Positions 8,658 to 17,015 of a stretch of 64,000 nucleotides of DNA are shown here, in pieces. The position numbers and the translations under genes are program-made. This DNA is from an uncultured Collinsella sp. (GTDB lineage: Bacteria; Actinomycetota; Coriobacteriia; Coriobacteriales; Coriobacteriaceae): positions 12,293 through 76,292 of the forward strand of contig CAUBOH010000007.1 of NCBI GenBank assembly GCA_958437495.1, in the 5' to 3' direction. The notes beneath the pieces were generated by a model. The model saw only the letters and a list, made by a program, of their open reading frames with translations, was not told the DNA's origin and ran no database searches. Position 1 is the first letter of the stretch. Each line of letters starts with the position of its first letter.

Positions 8658-10013
8658 TCAATTCCAAGACTGTTGATGCTCTTCGTAGGTCTTCGAGAAA
8701 AACTCCTCGTCCTGCGTAATGTAGAAATACAGGTCATCCGAGTCGGTCGGCTCAAGGGTGGCCTTGAGCGCCTCGAGCGACGGAGAGCAAATGGGCGTGG
8801 GCGGGAGGCCCTCGTGCTTATAGGTGTTATAGGGGCTATCACTCTGCAGGTCGTCAGCGGTAACCTCGCCACCGGTGACGTACATCATAGTGGCGTCACT
8901 GTTGAGGTAGCGCTGGCCATCGAGCTTGCCGGCCAGACGGTTGTAGAAGACCGAGGCCACGTGCGCGCGCTGGTCGGCGTTGAGGCCCTCGCGCTCGACG
9001 ATGGAGGCAAGATTGACGATGTCGTAATCGGACATCTCCACGCCGTAGCGCTCCTTGAGATTTGCCTCACAGCTGGCAAAATCGAGCGATTTATACTCAG
9101 CGTTAAACTGGTCGAGCATGGCGCGAATCACGTCATCAGCGCTCGGGTCCTTACCAAGCGAATAGGTCTTAGGGAACAGGAAACCCTCGAGCGAATCGTT
9201 CGCGGCGTCTTTAAGGAAAGCGTAATCATTCACATAATTGCTCGCCTTGGCCTGGTTAAGGAAGTCTTCCTTAGAAATGCCGTCGTACGCCTTGGCGACG
9301 CGGTCGGCGACCTGATCGACCGTCAAACCCTCAGGGATAGTCAGCGCATCGGAGCCGGCGTTGGGACCTTCCATAAGCTGCTGGACGACCTTAGTCGCGT
9401 CCATGAGCGTGGTAAACGAATACTTACCCGGCTTGAGCGACATATCGGCGTTGAGCTTTTTGACCGCAGCGTAGTAATCCTTGGGATTCTCGACGATATG
9501 GTTCTCGGAAAGGATCGAGGCGATGGTGTCGCCCGAAGCGCCTTCGGGAATCGTGATAGTAACTTGCTGGCCAGCTGCAACGTTCGCGTCCCCACCGGTA
9601 ATGAAGCCCTTGACGGCCGGAACGACAAAGAAGACGATCGCAACCAGCGCCAGCACGGCGACGACGCCACCGATAATCATAGGCACCGGGGAGTTCTTCT
9701 TTTGGGCGCTGCGGCGAGCATGGGAGTTGTAACTTGAACGCGAGGCCGGGGCAACGCGGTGCGTGCCGTGGACCCGGTGAGAATGGCCATGAGATTGAGG
9801 GGTCTGCGCACGCTGAGCAGGCGCTTGCTGTTTAAAACGCGTACCACCGGTGGATTGCGCCGTGCGAGCAGCGGGTTGCTGAGGCACACGAGCAGACGAG
9901 TGCTGGGTCGAACGAGCAACAGGCTGTTGGGCCGCACGCCGCGTCGGCTGCGCAGGGCGCGGCACAGGCTGTGGTGTACGCTTCGGCTGGCGCGGATCGG
10001 AAGCACTAGGCAT
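8658..10013 (-). CDS. mltG: Endolytic murein transglycosylase MltG (YceG-like) with a long basic N-terminal tail
   Basis: 451 aa: about 110-aa Q/P/R/A-rich tail, one TM (MIIGGVVAVLALVAIVFFVV), then a YceG domain (ASIVEREG...NTYKHEGLPPTPICSPS). Confidence 0.85.
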   Translation of the reverse strand: MPSASDPRQPKRTPQPVPRPAQPTRRAAQQPVARSTQHSSARVPQQPAARTAQSTGGTRFKQQAPAQRAQTPQSHGHSHRVHGTHRVAPASRSSYNSHARRSAQKKNSPVPMIIGGVVAVLALVAIVFFVVPAVKGFITGGDANVAAGQQVTITIPEGASGDTIASILSENHIVENPKDYYAAVKKLNADMSLKPGKYSFTTLMDATKVVQQLMEGPNAGSDALTIPEGLTVDQVADRVAKAYDGISKEDFLNQAKASNYVNDYAFLKDAANDSLEGFLFPKTYSLGKDPSADDVIRAMLDQFNAEYKSLDFASCEANLKERYGVEMSDYDIVNLASIVEREGLNADQRAHVASVFYNRLAGKLDGQRYLNSDATMMYVTGGEVTADDLQSDSPYNTYKHEGLPPTPICSPSLEALKATLEPTDSDDLYFYITQDEEFFSKTYEEHQQSWN

Positions 10014-10434
10014 GAGGAACCTCCTCGTTTTTACGATCGAGCCAGGTCTGCAAGAACAGGCTGGCGGCGATCATGTCAATCTTGCCCCTCATCTGCTTTT
10101 CGTTAAGGCCCTGCTCACGCAGAATGCGCTTGGCCTCTTGCGAGGACAGGCGCTCGTCCTCAAACTCCAGCGGAAGATCGAGTTCGTCGGCGATCTTTTG
10201 CGCCACGGCGGCAACGCGCTCGGCCTGGGGGCCGGGCTCGCCGGCCATGGTCAAGGGACGTCCGCTTACCAGGATATCAGGCTCATAGTCCTCGACCAGG
10301 TAACGGAACGTCTTGGCCATACCGGTGACCTCGGCAGCCGGGAGCACCTTAACGGGCATCGCCATCTTGCCATCACGGCTCGAGACGGCGATGCCGATTC
10401 TGGTCTCCCCTATGTCCAGCGCAAGCGCGACCAC
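10006..10434 (-). CDS. ruvX: Holliday-junction resolvase-like / pre-16S rRNA nuclease RuvX (YqgF)
   Basis: 142 aa starting ALALDIGETRIGIAVS. GTG start. 8-nt overlap with the mltG start. Confidence 0.9.
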   Translation of the reverse strand: MVALALDIGETRIGIAVSSRDGKMAMPVKVLPAAEVTGMAKTFRYLVEDYEPDILVSGRPLTMAGEPGPQAERVAAVAQKIADELDLPLEFEDERLSSQEAKRILREQGLNEKQMRGKIDMIAASLFLQTWLDRKNEEVPHA

Positions 10435-10451
10435 AGCGACTACCTAGGCTC

Positions 10452-13109
10452 TTAGGCGCCGAGCGCGGTCTTGGCGGCCGCGAGGGCATCGGCGATACCG
10501 GCGGCATTCTTGCCACCGGCCTGGGCCATGTTGGGACGACCGCCACCGCGACCATCGACCAGGCCCGCGATCTGCTTGATCACATTGCCGGCGTGGAAAC
10601 CGGCCTTGACGGCATCGTCGGAGCCGGCGGCGAGCAGGGCCGGGGTGCCCTTCTCGGTCACGCTGGCGACGACGCAGGCGACAGGGCCGGCGACCTTCTG
10701 GTGCACGGTATCCCAGACGTTGCGCAGGTCGGCAGCCTCAAGGCCCTGAAGCTCAGCGACGACGAGCTTGTATCCGCCGACCTCGACGGCACCTTCGATG
10801 GCGCTGGAGATAGCGTCGGAGGAGCCACCGGTCAGCGCCTTCTTGAGCTTATTGGACGTCTCGCGTAGCTCGGCCTGCAGGTTTTCCACGCGGGCGGGAA
10901 CCTCGTCCGCACGGCACTTGAGCGCAGCGGCAGCGGCGTCGACGAGCGCCAGGCGGTTGGCCATGTAGTCGAGGGCGCCCTTAGAGGTCACGGCTTCGAT
11001 ACGGCGGACGTTGGAGCCCGTAGAGGACTCGGAAATGATCTTGAACAGGCCAATCTCGGCGGTGTTAGCGGCATGCGTGCCACCGCAGAGCTCACGGGAG
11101 AACGGCTGGTCCTCGGCGCCCACGGAGACGACGCGGACGACGTCACCGTACTTCTCGCCAAACAGGGCGACAGCACCGGCGGCCTTGGCCTCGTCGATGC
11201 CCATGACGCGGGTCACGACCGGCTTGGAAGCGAAGATCTGCTGGTTGACCAGATCCTCGACAGCCTTGAGCTGCTCGGAGGACAGGGCCTCAAAGTGCGT
11301 GAAGTCAAAGCGCAGGTGCTCGGGCGTCACCAGCGAGCCGGCCTGGGAGACATGCTCGCCCAGGACCTGCTTAAGCGCGGCGTCGAGCAGGTGCGTGGCG
11401 GTGTGGTTGCGGCGCAGGAAGCCACGACGCTCGGCGTCGATCGCGGCGGTCACGGTAGCACCGACGGTCAGCGTACCCTCGGTGACGTGGGCGACGTGGG
11501 CATACAGGCCGTTGTGGTTCTTGGTATCGGATACGGTCAGTGCAACGCCATCGGCGGAAAGCTCACCGGCGTCACCCTGCTGGCCGCCCATCTCGGCATA
11601 GAACGGGGTGCGGTCGAGCACGACCTCGAGATCCTCGCCCGCGGCAGCGGACTCAACGGACTCACCGTTGCGCACGATGGCGACAACCTTGGCGCCCTCG
11701 ATTACATCGTTGTGATAGCCGTCGAACTCGGTCGCAGCGACCTTGTCAGAAAGCTCGACCCACACGTCATTGAAGCTGCCCCAGGCGTCGCCCTTGGCGT
11801 TGGCGCGAGCGCGGGCCTTCTGGTCCTCCATGCAGGTGGTAAAGCCGTCCATGTCGACATCGTGGCCAGCGGTGCCGGCGATCTCGACGGTAAGGTCGAT
11901 GGGGAAACCGAAGGTGTCGTGCAGCTTAAAGGCAACATCGCCCGGAAGCACAGCGCCCTCGGCAAGCGCTGCCAGAGCCTCGTCCAGATAGACGCGGCCG
12001 TTGTCGAGCGTCGTGGAGAAGCGCTCCTCCTCGGAGGCGACAATGCCCTTAACGAGGGCGACGTTCTTGAGCAGCTCGGGGTAGGCCTCACCCATCTGAG
12101 CGTTGACCTCGTCGATGAACTTGGTCAAGAAGGCACCCTCGATGCCCAGCAGGCGACCGTGGAACACGGCGCGGCGAAGCAGACGACGCAAGACATACTC
12201 GCGACCCTCGTTACCGGGCAGGATGCCGTCAGAAATCATAAAGTCGACGGCACGGGAGTGGTCGGCGATGATGCGCAGCGAGCGGCTGGCACCGGAATAG
12301 TCATCGGCGTCATAAGTCTTGCCGCTGATCTTCTCGCCCAGCTTGATGAGGTGCTGCATCAGATCGCCGTCGTAGTTAGCGGTCTTGTGCTGCATGATGG
12401 CGGCCATGCGCTCCAGACCCATGCCCGTATCGAGGTTGCGGTGCGGCAGCTCCGGCATGGAGCCGTCCTCCTGGCGGTCGTACTGGGTAAACACGAGGTT
12501 CCAGAACTCCAGGAAGCGGTCGCAGTCGCAGCCGGGCTTGCAGTCGGGGCTGCCGCAACCGACCTCCTCGCCCATGTCAAAGTAGATCTCGGAGCACGGA
12601 CCGCAGGGGCCGGTGGGGCCAGCGGCCCAGAAGTTGTCGTCCTCGCCCAAGCGGGAGATGTGATCCTCGGCAACGCCCAGGGAGCGCCACACGTCGTGGG
12701 TCTCGTCATCCTCGGTAAAGACGGTAAAGTACAGGCGGTCGAGCGGCAGCTTGAACTCCTTGGTGATGAGCTCAAAGGCCCAAGCACAGGCCTGCTGCTT
12801 GGAGACGCCGCCAAAGGAGAAGTCGCCGAGCATCTCGAAGAAGGACAGGTGACGGCCGTCCTCGCCGATGCAGTCGATGTCGTTGGTGCGGACGCACTTC
12901 TGGCAGGAGATCGCGCCGATCTCCTTCATGGTCTTCTTGCCCTGGTAGTACTCCTTAAACTGGTTCATGCCGGCGTTGGCAAGCAGCAGCGAGGGATCGT
13001 CGGGAACAAGAGACGAAGAAGGATAAAGCTTAAGACCGCGCTCCTCAAAGAAGTTGAGGAACTTGGAGCGGATCTCGGCCGTAGTCATAGACGGGTAGTC
13101 AGCACTCAT
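10452..13109 (-). CDS. alaS: Alanine--tRNA ligase
   Basis: Canonical AlaRS throughout, ending in a DHHA1-like C-terminus. Start re-set to ATG 13109 (MSADYPSMTTAEIRSKFLNFFEERG), preceded by GAGGAG. The ORF-track 30-aa extension covers the promoter. Confidence 0.95.
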   Translation of the reverse strand: MSADYPSMTTAEIRSKFLNFFEERGLKLYPSSSLVPDDPSLLLANAGMNQFKEYYQGKKTMKEIGAISCQKCVRTNDIDCIGEDGRHLSFFEMLGDFSFGGVSKQQACAWAFELITKEFKLPLDRLYFTVFTEDDETHDVWRSLGVAEDHISRLGEDDNFWAAGPTGPCGPCSEIYFDMGEEVGCGSPDCKPGCDCDRFLEFWNLVFTQYDRQEDGSMPELPHRNLDTGMGLERMAAIMQHKTANYDGDLMQHLIKLGEKISGKTYDADDYSGASRSLRIIADHSRAVDFMISDGILPGNEGREYVLRRLLRRAVFHGRLLGIEGAFLTKFIDEVNAQMGEAYPELLKNVALVKGIVASEEERFSTTLDNGRVYLDEALAALAEGAVLPGDVAFKLHDTFGFPIDLTVEIAGTAGHDVDMDGFTTCMEDQKARARANAKGDAWGSFNDVWVELSDKVAATEFDGYHNDVIEGAKVVAIVRNGESVESAAAGEDLEVVLDRTPFYAEMGGQQGDAGELSADGVALTVSDTKNHNGLYAHVAHVTEGTLTVGATVTAAIDAERRGFLRRNHTATHLLDAALKQVLGEHVSQAGSLVTPEHLRFDFTHFEALSSEQLKAVEDLVNQQIFASKPVVTRVMGIDEAKAAGAVALFGEKYGDVVRVVSVGAEDQPFSRELCGGTHAANTAEIGLFKIISESSTGSNVRRIEAVTSKGALDYMANRLALVDAAAAALKCRADEVPARVENLQAELRETSNKLKKALTGGSSDAISSAIEGAVEVGGYKLVVAELQGLEAADLRNVWDTVHQKVAGPVACVVASVTEKGTPALLAAGSDDAVKAGFHAGNVIKQIAGLVDGRGGGRPNMAQAGGKNAAGIADALAAAKTALGA

Positions 13110-13155
13110 AGAGGGAATCTCCTCGGTTTCACATCGAAACAGTTCAAACGTAACG

Positions 13156-13183
13156 ATATTACCATCCCACCGCGCCTGTGCAA
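13156..13183 (-). promoter_or_regulatory. Putative sigma-70 promoter of alaS
   Basis: Minus strand reads TTGCAC - 16 nt - TAATAT with TG one base upstream of the -10. It lies about 45 nt upstream of the alaS ATG. Confidence 0.5.
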
Positions 13184-13211
13184 AAAAGAGGGCCGCCAAA
13201 CGGCGACCCTC
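13182..13211 (-). terminator. Intrinsic terminator, probably of the upstream sigma/AI-2E operon
   Basis: Minus strand: GAGGGTCGCC-GTTT-GGCGGCCCTC followed by TTTTTT. Confidence 0.7.
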
Positions 13212-13263
13212 CAGCGAAAGTGCACGTTATTTAGGACTAAGCAATCCTTTGAAAAAATGGTTT

Positions 13264-13272
13264 TGGTATAAT
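13264..13272 (+). promoter_or_regulatory. Putative extended -10 promoter element for the 4-TM ORF
   Basis: TGgTATAAT, located 33 nt upstream of ATG 13305. GGAAGGAG RBS at 13291-13298. Confidence 0.4.
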
Positions 13273-13304
13273 ACCGTTTAAGAATCATCCGGAAGGAGCG
13301 ACCG

Positions 13305-13742
13305 ATGAATACCAAACGATTTATCTTGAATGCACTTCTGACAGCAGCAATATTGACGCTCTTCGTCTTCTCGGACTTATACATGAATCACCCAAGATTT
13401 GGATATGCTTTATACGCTGTGTTTTCCGGCGAAACAACTTACAACACCATAGGTTTCATTGACGCAATCTTTTTCTATGTAGTCGGCCCCGTATCAAGCG
13501 AACTGGTCGCTTTTCTTGTCTGCTTCAACCTGAATCTACAAAGCCAAACTCATTCAACGACTTCGGCCAAACAAGGAATCAATCTCTTCGTAATAATGAT
13601 AATTCTGCAAATTGCGACAGTGTTGATTATCGCCCTGACCGCAACAAACATTTTGAAGTATGAGTTCGGATTCATCGCGAGCTGCCTGATGGCAATTGCC
13701 GCGGGTATAGCGTTTTCGTATACAACTCCGGCAAAGAAGTAG
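13305..13742 (+). CDS. Hypothetical small membrane protein (about 4 TM), low-GC
   Basis: 145-aa ORF with an RBS and four hydrophobic segments. I recognise no family. About 38% GC by hand count on the first 120 nt, against about 60% in the flanks. Confidence 0.55.
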   Translation: MNTKRFILNALLTAAILTLFVFSDLYMNHPRFGYALYAVFSGETTYNTIGFIDAIFFYVVGPVSSELVAFLVCFNLNLQSQTHSTTSAKQGINLFVIMIILQIATVLIIALTATNILKYEFGFIASCLMAIAAGIAFSYTTPAKK

Positions 13743-13757
13743 CTCGACTAACAGGGC

Positions 13758-15170
13758 CTATTTGGAATCCGAATCGTCCATAGAGCCGTCGATGCCGGTT
13801 TTGGTGTCGTCGTCCGAATCGGAATCGTCATCCTTGGCGAAGGGGTTCTTGAAGAAACCCGTCGCATCGGGCTGAAGACCCGACAGCTTAATCCAGGGAT
13901 TCTCGAGCTCGGGCTTGGGCATAGCCTGGGCCTCGGGCGCGGTCTCGTTGCCGATGAGCTCGGACTCGTAAATGAATGTATCGTCTCCAAGCGCGTCATA
14001 GGCAGCGACCGGGTTGCCCTCGGCATCGCGATACGGCGTGCCCTTAAACACGGCGCCATCGTATGCCACAAGCTGGCGGCCGGTCTCGTTCTCAAAGTAG
14101 TAGACAAAGATGCCCTTGAGGGCCGCACACAGCGGAATGGCAATGATCATGCCAATGGGACCCATGAGCGCCGAACCAATAACGAGCGCCGTGAGGCTCA
14201 TGATGGGATGCACCTGCACCGAGCTCTGCATGACCTTAGGCGAAATCACGTTATCGGTTACGTTTTGCGCGACCATCGTCACGATGAGCGTCCATAACGC
14301 CAACATGGGGCTGAACATGAAACCGAGCACTGTGGCGATTGCAGCGCTCACCCAGGGGCCGACGACCGGAACCAAATGCATGATGCCGGTAAAGATAGCC
14401 ATAAGCGCCGCATACGGATGACCGATGATCATAAAACCGATAAAGGCGAGGAAACCGCCGCAGATGGACGTCACGACCATACCGCGCATGTAGCCGCCCA
14501 CTGAGCGCGACAGAATGGCGACCATAAAGCGGTACGAGGTCTCCTTTTCCTGTCCGATAATGGTGCAGATCTCGTGGTGCATGCGAGGGTAGTCGCAGGC
14601 CATCCAATAGGCAAGCACCAGGCCCAGGAAGATGACGAACAGCTGCGAGGCCGTGTTGGTAATGAGCGGGAATACACCGCGACCGAGCTCAGCAGCGATT
14701 TGCGAGACATACTTCGACGCCACGGTAACCAGCGAAGAAAGATTTTCGTCCAGATACTCCTTGAGCGGCGTGTTGTTGAGCGTCTTGGCGTGTGAGATCA
14801 TCTCATTGAGGTCGCCGCCCGCAACGCGAAGCTGCGCGGGCAGACGGCTCAGGACTTCCATAATCTGGCCGAACAGAATCGGCGACAGGATGCAGACGAC
14901 GCCGACGAGCACCGCCACAACCACGATGAGCGCGACAAGCGAACCGATGCCACGACCGACGCCGTGATGCTCGAGCCAGTTGGTGATCGGCGACATCACA
15001 AAAGCAATGATGGAACCGACAGCGAGAAACTCGATAACCGGCGCTAGGATGCCCATAAGGTTAAAGATGACAGCGGCGATAACGATGCAACCGACGACGG
15101 CCCAAATGCGAAGCGTCAGAATGCGGGTATCGCGCAGCATGCGGTCGGATTGTTGGGGGTGCTCATTCAT
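13758..15170 (-). CDS. AI-2E family transporter (PerM/UPF0118) with an acidic C-terminal tail of about 110 aa
   Basis: 470 aa with multi-TM AI-2E architecture (HLVPVVGPWVSAAIA...VISPKVMQSSVQVHP). ATGA overlap with the sigma-factor stop. Confidence 0.85.
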   Translation of the reverse strand: MNEHPQQSDRMLRDTRILTLRIWAVVGCIVIAAVIFNLMGILAPVIEFLAVGSIIAFVMSPITNWLEHHGVGRGIGSLVALIVVVAVLVGVVCILSPILFGQIMEVLSRLPAQLRVAGGDLNEMISHAKTLNNTPLKEYLDENLSSLVTVASKYVSQIAAELGRGVFPLITNTASQLFVIFLGLVLAYWMACDYPRMHHEICTIIGQEKETSYRFMVAILSRSVGGYMRGMVVTSICGGFLAFIGFMIIGHPYAALMAIFTGIMHLVPVVGPWVSAAIATVLGFMFSPMLALWTLIVTMVAQNVTDNVISPKVMQSSVQVHPIMSLTALVIGSALMGPIGMIIAIPLCAALKGIFVYYFENETGRQLVAYDGAVFKGTPYRDAEGNPVAAYDALGDDTFIYESELIGNETAPEAQAMPKPELENPWIKLSGLQPDATGFFKNPFAKDDDSDSDDDTKTGIDGSMDDSDSK

Positions 15171-15958
15171 GAACGAATCATCACTCCGTCGGGGTCAATC
15201 TTGTCTTGAATCTTCTTAAGGGTACGGCGAAGCAGGCGCGAGACCTGCACCTGCGAGATGCCCAGCTTCTTGGCAATCTCAATCTGGGTCATGCCCTTTA
15301 CAAAGCGCAGCTCGATAACCTCACGCTCGCGCGGTGAAAAATCGCGAATGGCCTCCTCAATCACCAGGCGGTCATCGGTAAAGTCGAGCTCGTTGTCATC
15401 ATCGGCATAGCGGTCGAGAATCGAAGGCGCATCGTCGGAATCGGACGCACCGGGGGCCTCGATGGGCACCGAGGTGTAGGCCGAGGACGATTCCATGGCT
15501 TCGAGTACCTCGTCGACGGTCACGCCCAGGTACTCGGCTATTTCCTCGACCTTGGGCGAACGCTGCAACTCATTGGTGAGCTTGTCGGTGGCCTGGTTGA
15601 CCTTAGCCGAGAGCTCCTGCAGACGGCGCGGCACGCGCACGCTCCAGCCCTTGTCGCGGAAGTGGCGCTTAATTTCGCCCAGAATGGTGGGCGTGGCAAA
15701 CGTGGTGAACTCTAGGCCACGCTCGGGGTCAAAACGGTCGATCGCCTTGAGCAGGCCCAGATAGCCAACCTGCATCAGGTCATCGAGCGGCTCACCGCGA
15801 TTCTTAAATTTGTTGGCAAGAAACCTTACCAGGTTCATATGGGACATGACGAGCTGCTCGCGAGCATCCGGATCACCGGTCTCTTTGTAGCGACGAAACA
15901 ACTCGCGGGTTTTCTCCTTGTCCCAAGCGGTCTTACCGCTCCGGGAACGTTCGGTCAT
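15167..15958 (-). CDS. RNA polymerase sigma factor, SigB/SigF/SigG subfamily (group 3)
   Basis: 263 aa: GEPLDDLMQVGYLGLLKAIDRFDPERGLEFTTFATPTILGEIKRHFRDKGWSVRVPRRLQEL, plus a region 4 HTH (MTQIEIAKKLGISQVQVSRLL). Confidence 0.9.
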   Translation of the reverse strand: MTERSRSGKTAWDKEKTRELFRRYKETGDPDAREQLVMSHMNLVRFLANKFKNRGEPLDDLMQVGYLGLLKAIDRFDPERGLEFTTFATPTILGEIKRHFRDKGWSVRVPRRLQELSAKVNQATDKLTNELQRSPKVEEIAEYLGVTVDEVLEAMESSSAYTSVPIEAPGASDSDDAPSILDRYADDDNELDFTDDRLVIEEAIRDFSPREREVIELRFVKGMTQIEIAKKLGISQVQVSRLLRRTLKKIQDKIDPDGVMIRS

Positions 15959-15959
15959 A

Positions 15960-16337
15960 TTAGATATCCGCCTTGAGGTCGAGGGAAAGCGTCAGGGGCG
16001 CCGAAGTCTTTTCGTAGGAATCGCAAACGCTCGCCAAAATGAGCTCGGCATACACGGCAGCCTGGTCATCCTCGTCAACAGCGGCCTGATCGCCAAAGGT
16101 AAAGGTCATGCCAACGTGAGACACGTCGACATCGAACCTGATCGTAATATCATCGGAATCAACCGCCGTGCAGCCAAAGATAAAGGCCTCCTCGGCAGCC
16201 ATACGGATGTCCTCGATGCGATCAACAGACATAGAGCACAGCGCACCAACGTTGGCGGCCGTCATACGCACCAGGCGGGCCAGACGTGGGTCACCGGCAA
16301 CGGTCAGCGTAATGGGGCAGGTTGCTTCGCTACTCAT
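15960..16337 (-). CDS. Short RsbW/SpoIIAB-like putative anti-sigma factor lacking recognisable ATP-binding boxes
   Basis: 126 aa from ATG 16337, which overlaps the upstream stop by 8 nt. PRLARLVRMTAANVGALCSMSVDRIEDIRMAAEEAF resembles the RsbW N-terminal half. No N-box Asn or G1/G2 boxes seen. Confidence 0.5.
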   Translation of the reverse strand: MSSEATCPITLTVAGDPRLARLVRMTAANVGALCSMSVDRIEDIRMAAEEAFIFGCTAVDSDDITIRFDVDVSHVGMTFTFGDQAAVDEDDQAAVYAELILASVCDSYEKTSAPLTLSLDLKADI

Positions 16338-16920
16338 CACAGGACTCCTCGGAGGTCTGGGCGGGTGTGTAGGTGTAATACTGAGACGGCTTGCCAGCAG
16401 GCTTCTGACCATCATCGTCGCCCGCGGCGGCCTCGTCCCCGGCTTCGCCAATCAGGACGCGCTCGGTCGGCTGCTCGGCTTCGGCCGCAGCGGAAAGTTT
16501 GCGCTCGGCGTCGGCCGCGGGAGCCTTCACCTTGTTAAAGAGTTTCTGCACGGCGCCGGCGGCGGAGTCGGTCACGCTCGACACGGCATTGCTGGCCTCG
16601 GCCATGCTGCCCGTAACCTCGGAAATATCGCGGACAACCGCCTCGACCTCGACGAGGTTGGAGGTAAGGGCATCGACGGCCGTCTTGCTCGACTTAAGCA
16701 GCGGCTCCATCTGGGCAAGTGCCGGCGTAAGCTCGTCGACAGCGCCGTCGAGTTTTGCCACCACCGGCTGCGCCTCGGCGATGGTGTTGTTGAGGTCGTT
16801 CACGGTCTTATTGAGCGAGTCGACAACGTTGCGGGTCTTGCGCAGGGTAAGCGCGAGTTCAACGATGGCCCACACGCCGGCAATGGCAAGCACCAGCAGG
16901 GCGATTTGAATGGGACTCAT
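16330..16920 (-). CDS. DUF948-like membrane-anchored coiled-coil protein
   Basis: 196 aa: N-terminal TM (IQIALLVLAIAGVWAIVELAL), then helical repeats (LNKTVNDLNNTI...) typical of DUF948. GGGAGG RBS. Confidence 0.7.
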   Translation of the reverse strand: MSPIQIALLVLAIAGVWAIVELALTLRKTRNVVDSLNKTVNDLNNTIAEAQPVVAKLDGAVDELTPALAQMEPLLKSSKTAVDALTSNLVEVEAVVRDISEVTGSMAEASNAVSSVTDSAAGAVQKLFNKVKAPAADAERKLSAAAEAEQPTERVLIGEAGDEAAAGDDDGQKPAGKPSQYYTYTPAQTSEESCDE

Positions 16921-17015
16921 ACAAGCCTCCCGGAAAAATCGAAATACAGACGCTGTTCATGGTACCCCAAAGAAGGGGAAAGATACCCAAAGGGAATGTG
17001 CGTGGTGCCAATGAC

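Noticed and set aside
13110-13211. Possible T-box or attenuator leader for alaS, because a terminator lies upstream of the alaS start
   Set aside because: No T-box sequence, specifier loop or antiterminator alternative precedes the hairpin. A good TTGCAC-16-TAATAT promoter lies downstream of it. The hairpin is therefore better explained as the terminator of the upstream operon.
11073-13271. 732-aa plus-strand ORF
   Set aside because: Antisense shadow of alaS with the same low-complexity composition. It runs across the alaS promoter and terminator.
16983-16988. GGGTAT (SigB/SigF-type -10) upstream of the DUF948-sigma operon, suggesting autoregulation
   Set aside because: No GTTT/GGTTT-like -35 lies at the expected 14-17-nt spacing; the sequence there is GGCACC. 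A lone hexamer is not sufficient, so it is kept only as a hypothesis to test by TSS mapping.
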